Shown here: positions 37,373 through 47,962 of the stretch, one piece after another | Numbering within the stretch: position 1 is the first letter of the stretch | Layout: each line of letters starts with the position of its first letter | Assembly (NCBI GenBank): GCA_963823165.1 | Contig: CAWGKV010000040.1 | Location: forward strand, 246,877-310,876 | DNA: 64,000 nucleotides | Direction of reading: 5' to 3' | Origin: an uncultured Alphaproteobacteria bacterium | Lineage (GTDB): Bacteria > Pseudomonadota > Alphaproteobacteria > Rhizobiales > Beijerinckiaceae | The notes under the pieces: generated by a model | Databases searched by the model: none | What the model saw: the letters and a program-made list of their open reading frames with translations, nothing else | What the model was told of the DNA's origin: nothing | Made by a program: the position numbers and the translations under genes

Positions 37373-38098
37373 ATGCAGAACGGACTTTATGTCGCCGTGT
37401 CGGCGCAGGTGGCGCTTGAACGGCGGCTCGAGACGATCGCCGACAATATCGCCAACATGAATACAGTCGGTTACCGCGCGACCGGCGTTTCGTTCGAAAC
37501 GGAAATGGTCAGGGCGGGCGACACGGCCATGAACTACGTTTCGTCCGGCGCCGATTACCTGTCGCTGCGAATCGGCGGCCTGGTGAAGACCGACAATTCT
37601 CTCGACTTCGCCATCCAGGGCGACGGCTGGTTCGGCATAAAGACGCCATCCGGCGTGGCCTATACGCGCGATGGGCGGACGCGCATCGACGAATCCGGAA
37701 CCTTGCGCACGCTGAACGGCGACCCGATCCTCGACGCCGGCGGCGCCCCGATCCTGGTTGACGTCGGGGGCGGACCGCTCGTCGTGTCCGCGGACGGCAT
37801 GATCACCCAGAACGGCCGGCATGTCGGCGCGATCGGGCTCTTCGCCATCGATCCCAACGCGAAACTCAGGCGGGCGCAGAACTCGGGGGTGATTCCCGAC
37901 AAGCCAGCAAAAGCCATTCTCGATTTCACCCGCGCCGGGGTCGTTCAGGGCGCGGTGGAGAGCTCGAACGTCGATCCGGTGAAGGAAATGACCAGACTGA
38001 TCGAGATCACCCGCGTCTTCGACGGAATCGCAGCGGAGTCTTCCCAGTCGGAGGGCTCGGTGCAGGACGCCATCAAGACGCTCGGCTCCGCGTCGTGA
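37373..38098 (+). CDS. flgF: Flagellar basal-body rod protein FlgF
   Basis: MQNGLYVAVS, IADNIANMNTVGY, LDFAIQGDGWF, YTRDG, ESSNVDPVKEM. Confidence 0.93.
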   Translation: MQNGLYVAVSAQVALERRLETIADNIANMNTVGYRATGVSFETEMVRAGDTAMNYVSSGADYLSLRIGGLVKTDNSLDFAIQGDGWFGIKTPSGVAYTRDGRTRIDESGTLRTLNGDPILDAGGAPILVDVGGGPLVVSADGMITQNGRHVGAIGLFAIDPNAKLRRAQNSGVIPDKPAKAILDFTRAGVVQGAVESSNVDPVKEMTRLIEITRVFDGIAAESSQSEGSVQDAIKTLGSAS

Positions 38099-39468
38099 CG
38101 GCCCGGCCCGTCGAACCCGCCGTTATGCCCGCCCTCGAGCGCCTCGAGCGGCGCGTCGTCTGGGGCCGGCGCAATCTGCCCGCCGTCCGGGTGAGTGGCG
38201 TGGTCACGGAAGTGTCGATGTCGCACTACAAGGTCGCAGGCCTGTCGCGATTTCTGAAACTCGGCGAGTGCGTCGAAGTCGACATCGGCGATCGCGTCCA
38301 GATCGGCGAAGTGGTCAGGATCGACGACGCCGTCGCGACGCTCAAGCCGTTCGACGCGCGATGCGACGCCGCCATCGGGGCGCGCGCCTATCGGACCGAC
38401 AACCTGACGCTGTCGCCGCATCCGTCCTGGAAAGGCCGGGTGATCGACGCGCTCGGGCGTCCGCTCGACGGAGCCGGCCCGCTCGCCTGCGGGGATATCC
38501 TCGCGCCTCTCGACGCGGATCCGCCGCCGCCTCTCACGCGGGCGCGCGTGACCAACCCCATCCGGACGGGGGTGCGGGTGGTCGACCTCTTCACGCCGCT
38601 CTGCCTGGGACAGCGCGTCGGCGTGTTCGCCGGTTCGGGCGTCGGCAAGTCGTCGCTGCTCGCGATGCTCGCCCGCGCGCCCCAGTTCGACACGGTGGTG
38701 ATCGGGCTGGTCGGCGAACGCGGCCGGGAAGTGCGCGAATTCCTCGACGGCGCGCTCGGCGAGAGCCGCGCCTCGACCGTCGCTGTCGTATCGACCGGCG
38801 ACGAGAGTCCGATGATGCGCCGCGTGGCCCCGAAGACCGCTATGGCGGTCGCCGAGTACTTCCGCGACCGCGGCGAACTGGTCTTGCTGATTCTCGATTC
38901 CGTCACGAGGTTCGCTCATGCGGCGCGCGACGTCGCGCTCGCGGCCGGCGAGCCGGCGGTGGCGCGCGGCTATGCGCCGAGCGTGTTCAGCGATCTTCCG
39001 CGGCTCCTCGAGCGCGCCGGACCGGGCGCCGAGGGGTCGGGGTCGATCACCGGGATTTTCTCGGTCCTGGTCGACGGGGACGATCACAACGACCCCGTCG
39101 CCGACGCGGTTCGCGGGGCGCTCGACGGGCACATCGTGCTCGACCGCGCCATCGCCGACGAAGGACGCTATCCGGCGGTCAACGTGCTCGCCTCCGTGTC
39201 GCGCCTCGCCCAGACGGTCTGGACGCCGGAGCAGCGCAAACTGGTCACCCACCTGCGCTCGCTGATCGCGCGCTACGAGGAGACGCGCGAACTGCGCCTG
39301 ATGGGGGGCTACACGCCGGGGTCCGATCCGATGCTCGACAAGGCGATCCGGTGCGCGCCCCGGATCTACGAAGCGATGCAGCAGTCGCCGGACGCGCCGC
39401 GGTGCGAGGATCCGTTCATCGAACTCGCGGCCGCGTTGCGCAGCGACGCGAGACCTTCGGAGGCATGA
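38095..39468 (+). CDS. fliI: Flagellum-specific ATPase FliI
   Basis: Walker A GVFAGSGVGKS, LVGERGREV, LILDSVTRFA, LDGHIVLDR. Confidence 0.95.
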   Translation: MTARPVEPAVMPALERLERRVVWGRRNLPAVRVSGVVTEVSMSHYKVAGLSRFLKLGECVEVDIGDRVQIGEVVRIDDAVATLKPFDARCDAAIGARAYRTDNLTLSPHPSWKGRVIDALGRPLDGAGPLACGDILAPLDADPPPPLTRARVTNPIRTGVRVVDLFTPLCLGQRVGVFAGSGVGKSSLLAMLARAPQFDTVVIGLVGERGREVREFLDGALGESRASTVAVVSTGDESPMMRRVAPKTAMAVAEYFRDRGELVLLILDSVTRFAHAARDVALAAGEPAVARGYAPSVFSDLPRLLERAGPGAEGSGSITGIFSVLVDGDDHNDPVADAVRGALDGHIVLDRAIADEGRYPAVNVLASVSRLAQTVWTPEQRKLVTHLRSLIARYEETRELRLMGGYTPGSDPMLDKAIRCAPRIYEAMQQSPDAPRCEDPFIELAAALRSDARPSEA

Positions 39469-39475
39469 GCGAACG

Positions 39476-39970
39476 ATGACCACGACCGGACCGGAACTTT
39501 GGCTGCGCGCCCTCGGAACGGGGCTAGCCGGCGCCTCCGTCGTCTTCGCCGGCTACATGCTCGCCTACGGCGGCGGCAAGGTTCGCGTCAACGGCATGGA
39601 GCATCTGGCGATCTTCGCCCAGCCGCGCGGGGCGGCGGCCGGCGGAACGACCGACATTGTTCCTTCCGCCGCGAGCGTGCCCTCAGATATGCCGACGGGT
39701 TCGATCGCGCGCCGGGAGGCCGATGCGCCACCCGCCGCGCGGCCGGCGAAGATCGTCGCTGCGCGTCCCGGCCGGGTCTGGCTCATGGTCGGCGGCGTGC
39801 TCCGTTCGGCCGGCCCCAGCGACGACGTGCCCGGCGTCGGCCGCATCGGCGCGATCGTCCAGCGCGCCGGCGGTTGGGCCCTGGTCGACGACAAGGGCGC
39901 GACCCTCCTCACCCTCGCCAAAGAGGCGAACAGCGCCCCGCTCTTCTCCCGCGACCGGATCTTCGAATAG
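39476..39970 (+). CDS. Hypothetical flagellar-cluster membrane-anchored protein
   Basis: N-terminal TM helix, VNGMEHLAIFAQP, and a C-terminal VPGVGRIGAI domain. Follows fliI as in rhizobial clusters. Confidence 0.7.
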   Translation: MTTTGPELWLRALGTGLAGASVVFAGYMLAYGGGKVRVNGMEHLAIFAQPRGAAAGGTTDIVPSAASVPSDMPTGSIARREADAPPAARPAKIVAARPGRVWLMVGGVLRSAGPSDDVPGVGRIGAIVQRAGGWALVDDKGATLLTLAKEANSAPLFSRDRIFE

Positions 39971-40100
39971 CGGATTCAGGGCCGACCCGCCTCCGCGTGC
40001 GGAATCATTTATTTCAAGCCCTGCGGCGCCATTTCCGCAATTTCGCTCTGTCGCGTCCATCCCCGATTCGTGATAGATAGAGGCTCCGATAAACCTTGCC

Positions 40101-40688
40101 GTGCGCAAACCCATGACACTCGCCGAATTCCTCGAGTGGGAGAAACGGCAGGCTCTGCGCTACGAATTCGATGGCGTCGGCCCCGTCGCGATGACCGGCG
40201 GGACATTTGGCCACGCCGCCATCCAGCGAAATCTCGCCTTCGCCCTGACGGGCCGTCTGCGTGGCAAGCCTTGCCAATTCCTCGGCAGCGACCTCAAATT
40301 TCAGGTCGCGGAGGGCCACGTCCGCTATCCGGACGGCATGGTCGTCTGCTCCCCGGTCGACCGAAACGCCACTGTCGTTCATGACCCGGTCGTCGTCTTC
40401 GAAGTGCTCAGCCCGAGCACTGCGGGCAACGACAGGATCGCCAAAGCCCGCGAGTATGAGGCCACTCCGTCCGTCCAGCGTTACGTCATGCTCGAACAGG
40501 ACGCCGTCGGCGCCACGGTCTACGCGCGCTCCGGCGACGCGTGGACGCACGAAATCCTGGTCGCCGACTCCCTTCTCGCCCTGCCTGAGATCGGAGTCAC
40601 GCTGCCGCTCGCCGAGCTTTACGAGGGCCTCGTCTTCGAGGCGGAGCAGGAGGGCGACCAGCGTCCTGAGAGCGATCCCGGCCGCTGA
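40101..40688 (+). CDS. Uma2-family (PD-(D/E)xK) endonuclease-like protein
   Basis: RYEFDG, MTGGTFGHA, RYPDGMV, FEVLSPST, YVMLEQD. Confidence 0.92.
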   Translation: MRKPMTLAEFLEWEKRQALRYEFDGVGPVAMTGGTFGHAAIQRNLAFALTGRLRGKPCQFLGSDLKFQVAEGHVRYPDGMVVCSPVDRNATVVHDPVVVFEVLSPSTAGNDRIAKAREYEATPSVQRYVMLEQDAVGATVYARSGDAWTHEILVADSLLALPEIGVTLPLAELYEGLVFEAEQEGDQRPESDPGR

Positions 40689-40805
40689 GCGGGACGATTT
40701 CAAGTGGCTCACGTCCGTCATTTCGAGCAGAGCTCGCGCTGAGGCGGAGCCGGCGACGTTCCGCCTCCTTCGCCCAAAGTTCAGTCCGGCCTCCCGCCCG
40801 ACCAG

Positions 40806-41897
40806 TCAGCCGATGCGGTGACGCTGCAGGCGGTCCCAGTCGAAGTCGACGCCGTGCCCCGGACGCTCCGGCGCGATCGCGCAGCCGTCGACGAACTTCA
40901 ACGTTTCAACGAGATAATCATCGAGCGGAAAGCCGTGCACTTCGAGGTAGCTTCGGTTGGGCGCGGCGGCGAGCAACTGGACCGTGACGTCATGCGCGCC
41001 ATGCGACGTGAGCGGCAGATTGTGCGCCTCCGCCAGCGCGCCGATCTTGCGAAAGATCGTCACTCCGCCGCAGTTGGTCACGTCCGGCTCGGGGTAGGTG
41101 ACCCCGCCGGCGCAGATCATCTGGCGAAATTCATAGAGCGTGTGCATGTTTTCGCCGGTCGCGATCGGCATCCCTCCTTCGCGAACGATCCGCGCATGGC
41201 CCTCGATGTCGTCGGGAATGGTTGGCTCCTCGAGCCATACGAGATTGAAAGGCTGCAGGGCGCGGGCCGCGCGGATCGCCTGATCCGCCGTCCAGCGCAT
41301 GTTCGCGTCGGCCATCAGTGGAAAGTCGTCGCCCAGATGCTCGCGCATGCGCCGCACGCGTTCGACGTCCTCGCGCAATTGCGGTCGCCCGGCTTTCATC
41401 TTGATGGCGCGAAAACCGTTGGCGCGAAACCGATCGGCCTGCGCCAGCAACGCGTCGACGGTAAAGTCGAGATCGATGCCGCCGGCGTAGGCCGGGACTT
41501 TCGGGTCATGCCCCCCCAATAGCCGCCACAGGGGCAGATTCGCCCGGCGCGCCTTGAGGTCCCAGAGGGCGATATCGATGGCTGAAATGGCCGAAGTGGC
41601 ATGCCCGCCGCGGCCCGCGTAATGCACCTTCCACCACATTTGCTGCCAGATGCGTTCGGTTAGATCGGCGTCCTGGCCGATCGCGGTCGGCGCGAGATAC
41701 CCGTCTATCAGCGCTTGGAACGCGGCCGCGCCCGAGTTCACAGCGTAGGTGTAGCCCATGCCCTCCGCCCCGTCGGCGTCGCGCACGCGGACCGCGACCA
41801 GCTCGAAGTGAGGGATCGATCCGTGGGTGCTGTCGCTGAGAACCGCATCGAGCGGCACGCGATAAAGGCTTGACGAAAGAGACTCGATCCTGGCCAC
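40806..41897 (-). CDS. Mandelate racemase/muconate lactonizing enzyme (enolase superfamily)
   Basis: SAIDIALWDLKA, KMKAG, DAN, WLEEP, TGEN, EPD, SHG. GGAGG RBS before GTG 41897. Confidence 0.92.
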   Translation of the reverse strand: MARIESLSSSLYRVPLDAVLSDSTHGSIPHFELVAVRVRDADGAEGMGYTYAVNSGAAAFQALIDGYLAPTAIGQDADLTERIWQQMWWKVHYAGRGGHATSAISAIDIALWDLKARRANLPLWRLLGGHDPKVPAYAGGIDLDFTVDALLAQADRFRANGFRAIKMKAGRPQLREDVERVRRMREHLGDDFPLMADANMRWTADQAIRAARALQPFNLVWLEEPTIPDDIEGHARIVREGGMPIATGENMHTLYEFRQMICAGGVTYPEPDVTNCGGVTIFRKIGALAEAHNLPLTSHGAHDVTVQLLAAAPNRSYLEVHGFPLDDYLVETLKFVDGCAIAPERPGHGVDFDWDRLQRHRIG

Positions 41898-42176
41898 GAT
41901 TTTTGTCCTCCCTGCAGACGCTGCGCGGACGGCAATGTCGGCGGAGCGTCGCCGGCAGCCGACCGGGCAATTGTGGAAATATAACTCGCCTCGAGTAACG
42001 AGCGCTTGCTCGCTTAGCAAACTGGGTTGGGTTGCGCTTTCATCGCCACGACCCAAAGCGCGACCTGAGCGGCAACCGCAGTCCCGCCCTTGCATTGTTT
42101 CATCGCTGCGCTTTTCGCAATCACGGGCGAGGAGCCCGGGTGATCGCCAGTGACCGAACTGCTCGGGATTAACTTC

Positions 42177-42629
42177 TCACCGCCGCTTCCGCAGCTCCCG
42201 CCGGGCCTCGTCGTAGAGCGCGTTGGCGATCGCGACGCGCGCGCCGGCGCGGGCCCGCTCGTGCGCCGGCATGCGGTCCGGGTGGTTGCGCCAGACGAAG
42301 GCGCGCCAACGGGAGGCGAGCTGCCGTGGGGTCAAGGCGGCCCCGATGCCGAGTTCCTGCGCGATCGCCGCCGAGGCGTCGCGCGAATCGGCGGTTTCGT
42401 CGACCGCGTCCGGCGCCGGCGGCCCGGGCGGCGGCGCCCGCTCGTCGGTCCATTGCAAAGCGAGATCCCAGCGCGCTTCGCCGCCGCAGCCGGGGTCGGG
42501 GCCGAGGTCGAGGGAAGCCGGGGGCTCCGGCCTCGGCGCCGGCCGGTCCTCGCTCTTCATCGGCGAGCTCCGATCGGCTTCGTCGAGCGCCCGCAGGAAC
42601 GCCTCGCCTGAGCGGTCGAAGCTCGCCAT
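42177..42629 (-). CDS. Small protein with a C-terminal J-domain (HPD motif)
   Basis: ...ELGI...LASRWRAFVWRNHPDR...NALYDEA. Confidence 0.75.
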   Translation of the reverse strand: MASFDRSGEAFLRALDEADRSSPMKSEDRPAPRPEPPASLDLGPDPGCGGEARWDLALQWTDERAPPPGPPAPDAVDETADSRDASAAIAQELGIGAALTPRQLASRWRAFVWRNHPDRMPAHERARAGARVAIANALYDEARRELRKRR

Positions 42630-42649
42630 TTCGCCGGCTCTCGAAGGGC

Positions 42650-43702
42650 TCAGCCGTTTGCCGCGCGAGGCGCATGCAGCTGCCCGTCGGACGGCGATGC
42701 CTCGGGGACGATGTCCGCCACCAGGCAATTCCTTCCCTTGGCCTTGGCGTCGTACAGACGCTGGTCGGCCCGTTTCAGAAGGTCCGCGCCCGTCTCGCCA
42801 GGCCGCAGTTTGGCGACGCCGAACGAAGCGGTGATTTTTCCCACGCGTTCGCCGTCCGGCTCGATCGTCCAATGTTTGGATTCGAGAATCCTGCGGATTC
42901 GGTCGGCGGCCTTGACGGCGTTTTCGAGGCTCGCGCCGGGAAGCAGGATCGCGAACTCCTCGCCGCCGAACCGCGCCACCCGATCCTCGCTCCGCACGTT
43001 CTTGGTCAGGATTTCCGCGAACAGGCGCAACAGCCGATCGCCGACGAGATGGCCGAAACGGTCGTTGACCAGCTTAAACCGGTCGAGATCGGCGAGCGCA
43101 AGACAGAAATCGGCGCCGGCGCTCCTCGCCTTGTTCAGTTCCTCGGCCAGCGCGGCGTCGAAAAAGCGGCGGTTGCCGATCAGCGTGACCGGGTCGCGCA
43201 TTCCGGCTTCCTCCGAGCGCTGAAGCTCGTTTTGCAGCTGCAGCGCCTTGAGCCGCGACTCCTCGAGCTGGTCGCGCAGCGTCGCGAGCTTGTCGCGCAT
43301 GTCGCGATTGTCCGCGAGCAGCGCGAGCACGATGTCGTTCACGGGGCCGGCCTGGGGGTGCTTCGACAGGCGTTCGGTCGCGCTGTGCAGCCGCTCCGAA
43401 AAGGCGTCACTGTCGGTCAGGTGCGTCTGGATAAGCCTGGCGATCGAGCGCAGCAGCCGGTCGATCGCCTCCGCCTTCTGGGCCGGATGTTTGGGCTCGC
43501 CGACAGCGGCTTGGCGCGGTTCGACCCCGATCGCGAGGCCCCCGGCGGCGGCGCCGATCGCACCCGCCAGGAGTAGCTCGAACCAGGGCGTTGCACCGGG
43601 GAAGTCGAAGCGTTGAGCGATCAGCGCCAGCGCGGCAAAGAGGACCAGGCCGAGGGCGCCGACCGCGGCGCGGCGCGAGCGAAGCAGCAAGAGCGCGTTC
43701 AT
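42650..43702 (-). CDS. Membrane-anchored diguanylate cyclase (GGDEF)
   Basis: Two N-terminal TMs, a coiled coil, DPVTLIGNRR, DLDRFKLVNDRFGHLVGD, I-site RSED and GGEEF. Confidence 0.93.
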   Translation of the reverse strand: MNALLLLRSRRAAVGALGLVLFAALALIAQRFDFPGATPWFELLLAGAIGAAAGGLAIGVEPRQAAVGEPKHPAQKAEAIDRLLRSIARLIQTHLTDSDAFSERLHSATERLSKHPQAGPVNDIVLALLADNRDMRDKLATLRDQLEESRLKALQLQNELQRSEEAGMRDPVTLIGNRRFFDAALAEELNKARSAGADFCLALADLDRFKLVNDRFGHLVGDRLLRLFAEILTKNVRSEDRVARFGGEEFAILLPGASLENAVKAADRIRRILESKHWTIEPDGERVGKITASFGVAKLRPGETGADLLKRADQRLYDAKAKGRNCLVADIVPEASPSDGQLHAPRAANG

Positions 43703-43988
43703 GGGAGCCCCATGTTCCCCAAACCGACGCGGTTTGGCCGGGGAGCGCCGCCACGACGGCAAAGCCGCGAGACGCATCCGGCCACCGTACAATTCGCGCC
43801 GGCGCCTATCGTGGCGGCTCGGCTGACCGTCATGGCCGTCTGCGCAGTGAAAAGGACCGATTGATTCGGACAGTGGCAATTTAGCACGCCAGAGTTGCTG
43901 CTTCGTAACCGGACCCGGCTGCTCGGGCGCGTTTACAGCGGAGCGCGGCCTGGATTAAGAGCGTAAGTCCCATGCCGCAGGTTCGCTG

Positions 43989-44303
43989 ATGCCGGTCCTC
44001 ACGCTCGCCGAGACGCTCGCCATCGCCGCTCCCGAGAGGGGTCGCCTGGTCGAAGCCGACGAAACAATCCGCGATCTGGCTGCCGCGGTCGAGGAATCCG
44101 CCCGGCAGGACGGGCTCGACGGAGGGCTCGTGTCGCGCGCCCTCGTCGGCGTCATGATCGCGGCGGCCGTCCGTCAGGCGTTCGCCGCCTACCCGTCGAT
44201 CCCGCGCGAAGAGCTCGCCGATGCGTTCGGCGCTCTGGTTGCGGAAGCCTTCGAACGGGGGTCGCGGCGCGGAGCCGCGCCGGCGGCGCGCAAGCGCGGT
44301 TGA
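43989..44303 (+). CDS. Hypothetical 104-aa helical protein
   Basis: High-GC3 ORF filling the gap before the nitronate monooxygenase. Confidence 0.55.
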   Translation: MPVLTLAETLAIAAPERGRLVEADETIRDLAAAVEESARQDGLDGGLVSRALVGVMIAAAVRQAFAAYPSIPREELADAFGALVAEAFERGSRRGAAPAARKRG

Positions 44304-44353
44304 GCGGCAGGGGTCGATCGGCCATCGCCGCGGACGAGAGGGAGACGCGCTTC

Positions 44354-45421
44354 ATGACGGATGGATTCCTTCCTTCGCGGCTGCCGATCATCCAGGCGCC
44401 GATGGCTGGTTCGCAAGGCGTCGATCTTTGTGTCGCCGTCTGCGAAGCCGGGGGCCTCGGGTCGCTGCCGAGCGCCATGCTGACTCCGGCTGCGCTTCGC
44501 GATCAGATCGCTGCGGTCCGCAGCCGAACCAGCGCTCCCTTCAACGTCAACTTCTTTTGCCATGTTTCGCCGGAGACGGACGCGGGGACAATGGCGGGTT
44601 GGGTTCAGGAGTTCGCGCCGGACTACGCCGAGGCCGGACTCGACCCGCCCGCGGCGGCGACCGGCCCTGGCCGGACGCCGTTCGACCAGGCGATGGCTGA
44701 GGTCGTCGAGGAAACGAGGCCTTCTGTCGTCAGCTTCCATTTTGGCCTGCCGGACGAGGCGCTGCTCGAGCGGGTGAAGCGCATCGGCGCGAAAATCTAT
44801 TCTTCCGCCACCAGCGTTGACGAGGCGCGATGGCTCGACGCGCGCGGGATCGACGCCGTCGTCGCCCAGGGCGCAGAAGCCGGCGGCCATCGCGGAATGT
44901 TTCTGACCGACGACGTGGACGCCCAGCCGGGTCTTTTCGCCCTGCTCCCGCAGGTCGTCGACGCGGTCAAAGTCCCCGTTATCGCGGCGGGCGGAATTGG
45001 CGACGGCCGCGGGATCGCGGCGGCCTTCGTCCTCGGCGCTCGCGCGGCGCAGATCGGCACCGCCTATCTGCTCACGCCGCAGGCGACCACGTCGGCCGTT
45101 CATCGCGCCGCGCTCGCTCACGCGCGCGACGACAGCTCCCGGATCACCAATATCTTCACGGGCAGGCCAGCCCGCGGACTTCTGAACCGGTTCATCCGAG
45201 AACACGGCCCGATGAATCGGCGGGCGCCGCCTTTCCCGCTTGCGGCCGGCGCCGTCGCCCCGTTGCGCGCCCACCACGAAAGGCTGGCGTCAGGCGATTA
45301 TTCGCCGCTGTGGGCGGGGCAGGCTGCGGCTCTGGCGCGAGCCGAAGACGCCGGCAGCTTGACCCAGCGTTGGTGGAGCGAGGCGGCGGCGATCCTAAAG
45401 GATATCAAACTGGCGCCCTAG
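44354..45421 (+). CDS. Nitronate monooxygenase (2-nitropropane dioxygenase) family
   Basis: IIQAPMAG, VSFHFG, QGAEAGGHRG, IAAGGIGDGRG, LWAGQ. Confidence 0.93.
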   Translation: MTDGFLPSRLPIIQAPMAGSQGVDLCVAVCEAGGLGSLPSAMLTPAALRDQIAAVRSRTSAPFNVNFFCHVSPETDAGTMAGWVQEFAPDYAEAGLDPPAAATGPGRTPFDQAMAEVVEETRPSVVSFHFGLPDEALLERVKRIGAKIYSSATSVDEARWLDARGIDAVVAQGAEAGGHRGMFLTDDVDAQPGLFALLPQVVDAVKVPVIAAGGIGDGRGIAAAFVLGARAAQIGTAYLLTPQATTSAVHRAALAHARDDSSRITNIFTGRPARGLLNRFIREHGPMNRRAPPFPLAAGAVAPLRAHHERLASGDYSPLWAGQAAALARAEDAGSLTQRWWSEAAAILKDIKLAP

Positions 45422-45498
45422 CTTCGCTCGCGCCGCCGAAGGAACTATTGCCCCTCGGGCGTCGACCGTGTCAGAATTCGGCCGGGTCGGGGTCTTCG

Positions 45499-46257
45499 AT
45501 GTCTTATGCTCGGTACGCGCTTTATTTCACGCCGCCGCAGGACAGCGATCTTTGGCGCTTCGGTTGCGACGTCATCGGACGGGACGCCTGGACCGGCAAA
45601 TCCGTCGAGACGTTCTCGCCCCAGGACCAAACGCTCCAGGCTTGGCGGGAACTGACGAGCGAGCCGCGCCGCTACGGCTTTCACGCGACGCTGAAAGCGC
45701 CTTTCCGCCTTCGGGCGGACCTCGATTTCTTCGACTTGACGGATGCGGCGGCCGGCCTCGCCCGCAAGCTCAGGCCGTTCGACGCTGGGCGTCTGCAGGT
45801 CGGCTGCATGCCTGCGGCGGAGGGGAAGGCGTTTGTCGTATTGAAGCCCGAAGGCAGCGCGACAGAGCTTCATTCGATGGCGGAGAGGGTGGTGCGCGAT
45901 CTCGATCCAATGCGCGCGCCGCTCACGGACGCCGAACGCGGCCGGCGGGTCGTGGGCCGCCTTACGCCGCGCCAGCGCTACTACCTCGACGCCTGGGGCT
46001 ACCCTTACGTGATCGACGAGTTCCAGCCCCATTTCACCCTGACGGATCCGATCGAAGATGCAGGCCGCGTGGCGAAGGCGCTCGCGGGGGAGTTCCGTTT
46101 GCGGGTCGCGTCGCCCGTGTTGCGGGTCGACTCGGTGGCGCTGTTCGGGGAGCGGCAATCGGACGGCGTATTCGAGGCGCTGCGCGCCTTTCCGCTCGGC
46201 CAGGCGAAACGCGCCAAGCGGAGCTCGCGGGCCGCGTCGGGCGCCTTCATCGACTGA
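45499..46257 (+). CDS. DUF1045 family protein (2H phosphoesterase-like)
   Basis: RYALYFTP, PRRYGFHATLKAPF, WGYPYVIDEFQPHFTLT. Confidence 0.88.
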   Translation: MSYARYALYFTPPQDSDLWRFGCDVIGRDAWTGKSVETFSPQDQTLQAWRELTSEPRRYGFHATLKAPFRLRADLDFFDLTDAAAGLARKLRPFDAGRLQVGCMPAAEGKAFVVLKPEGSATELHSMAERVVRDLDPMRAPLTDAERGRRVVGRLTPRQRYYLDAWGYPYVIDEFQPHFTLTDPIEDAGRVAKALAGEFRLRVASPVLRVDSVALFGERQSDGVFEALRAFPLGQAKRAKRSSRAASGAFID

Positions 46258-47762
46258 CGCTCCGATCGAGCGATGCGGCGGCCGACCAGGTCTCGAATTC
46301 GTCGACCGCCCGTCGCGCGCCCCGGAGATAAAGCGCGGTGAGCGCCTGCGTGACGGGGCGAACGAAGCGCTCGTCGGCGGCGAGATCGGCGCCGAAAATC
46401 TCCCGAACCGAGAGCAGCGCCGACGCGAGCCGCGTCGCATCGGGCCCGGCGGCGTCGGCGATCGCCTTCAGCCGTGCGGCGAAAGGGTCACGCACGTCGA
46501 TCGCATGGCCCTGTTCGTCGACGGCCGTCACGTAGCGCATCCATGCGGCGACGGCGAGCGTGAGCCGCGGAATCGGAGCCCCCGCCGCCAGCCGTTCGCG
46601 CGCTGTCGCCAACAGGCGCTGCGGCAGCTTCTGCGAGCCGTCCATCGCGATCTGCCACGCGCGGTGACGCAGCGCCGGGTTCTCGAAACGCTCGAGGAGT
46701 CGCCGCTTGTATTCGGAGAGATCGCCGAGCCCGTGCGAAGCGAGCGTCGGCTCCGCCTCTTCGTCCATCAGTCCGCGCGCGAAACGCGCGAAAGCTCGGT
46801 CGGCCATGGCGTCTGCGATCGTTTCGTAGCCCGCCAGATAGCCGAGGTAGGCGAGCGCCGAGTGGGCGCCGTTCAAGAGTTTGAGCTTCGCCAGCTCGTA
46901 GGGCGCGACGTCCGCGACCATCGTCGCGCCGCTGTCTTCGAGGCGCGGCCGACCGGCGCCGAAGCGGTCTTCGATCACCCACTGACTGAACGGCTCCGTC
47001 ACGACAGGCCAGGCGTCGAATGAGCCGAGCCGTTCCGCGACGCGGCGCCGGTCGTCGTCGGTCGTCGCGGGAACGATGCGGTCGACCATGGTCGAAGGGC
47101 AGGACACCGCGTCGGCGAACCATCGGCCGAGGTCGGGCGCGCGCAGTTCGGCCATCCGCTGCAGCACCCGGCGAACGGTCGCGCCGTTGCTCGGCAGGTT
47201 GTCGCAGCTCAAAACCGTGAAGGGCGCGACGCCGGCAGCGCGCCTGCGCCGCAACGCCTCGACGATGAATCCGGGAGCGCTCCTCGGCGCTTCCGGATGC
47301 GCGAGATCGTGCATGACGTCGGGGTGCGTTTCGATGAGCTCGCAGCGCGCCGGGTCATGACAATAGCCCTTCTCGGTGACGGTCAGGCTGACGATCTTCA
47401 CGCCGGCGCGGCTCATGGCGCCGAGCAGCCGTTCCGGATCGGGACGCGCCACGACGAGCTCGCGGAGCGAACCGACGACGGCGAGATCCTCTCGGCCGGG
47501 CCCCCGGACAGCGACGGAATAGAGCCCGTCCTGCGGCTGCAGCGCGTCCCGGGTGTCGGCGGACCGCAGGCTCGCCCCGCAGATCGCCCAGTCCGTTTCC
47601 CCCGCGGAGAGCCGGTGGTCGAAAAGCACCGCTTGGTGCGCGCGATGAAAGGCGCCGACTCCGAGGTGGACCACGCCGACGCGGACCGCGTCGAGATCGT
47701 AGAGGGGGCGCCCGACGTCGCGCGGCAGCGAGTTCGAGGCGCGTTGTTGATAGCCGGTTCAC
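46247..47762 (-). pseudogene. Mannitol dehydrogenase family (mannitol 2-dehydrogenase / mannonate oxidoreductase), frameshift near the start
   Basis: VHLGVGAFHRAHQA, SLTVTEKGY, LSCDNL, MVDRIVP, KLKLLNGAHS, DGSQKLPQR. The coding frame extends upstream (SLPRDVGRPLYD) to a stop, while the likely start GTG AAC CGG CTA (47762) is in another frame. Confidence 0.85.
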
Positions 47763-47962
47763 GCTGATCACCAATTCGATGCAGGACGCCGAGCTTGGCT
47801 GCTGGTCCGAAATCGCGCAATCCCCATTCGCCGATGCGGCGGTAAGCCGCAATGCCGGCGCTTTACGGATCGGTCTTCCCGGGGTAAGCGTGAAACTAAC
47901 ATGCTACCGTCGGCGTGACGGCGGCGGCGATGTCGCCGGCCCGCGGCCGACGAGGGGGAGGT

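Noticed and set aside
40101-40688. Uma2 nuclease as a defence system
   Set aside because: It is a stand-alone, very common multi-copy family with no partner genes here.
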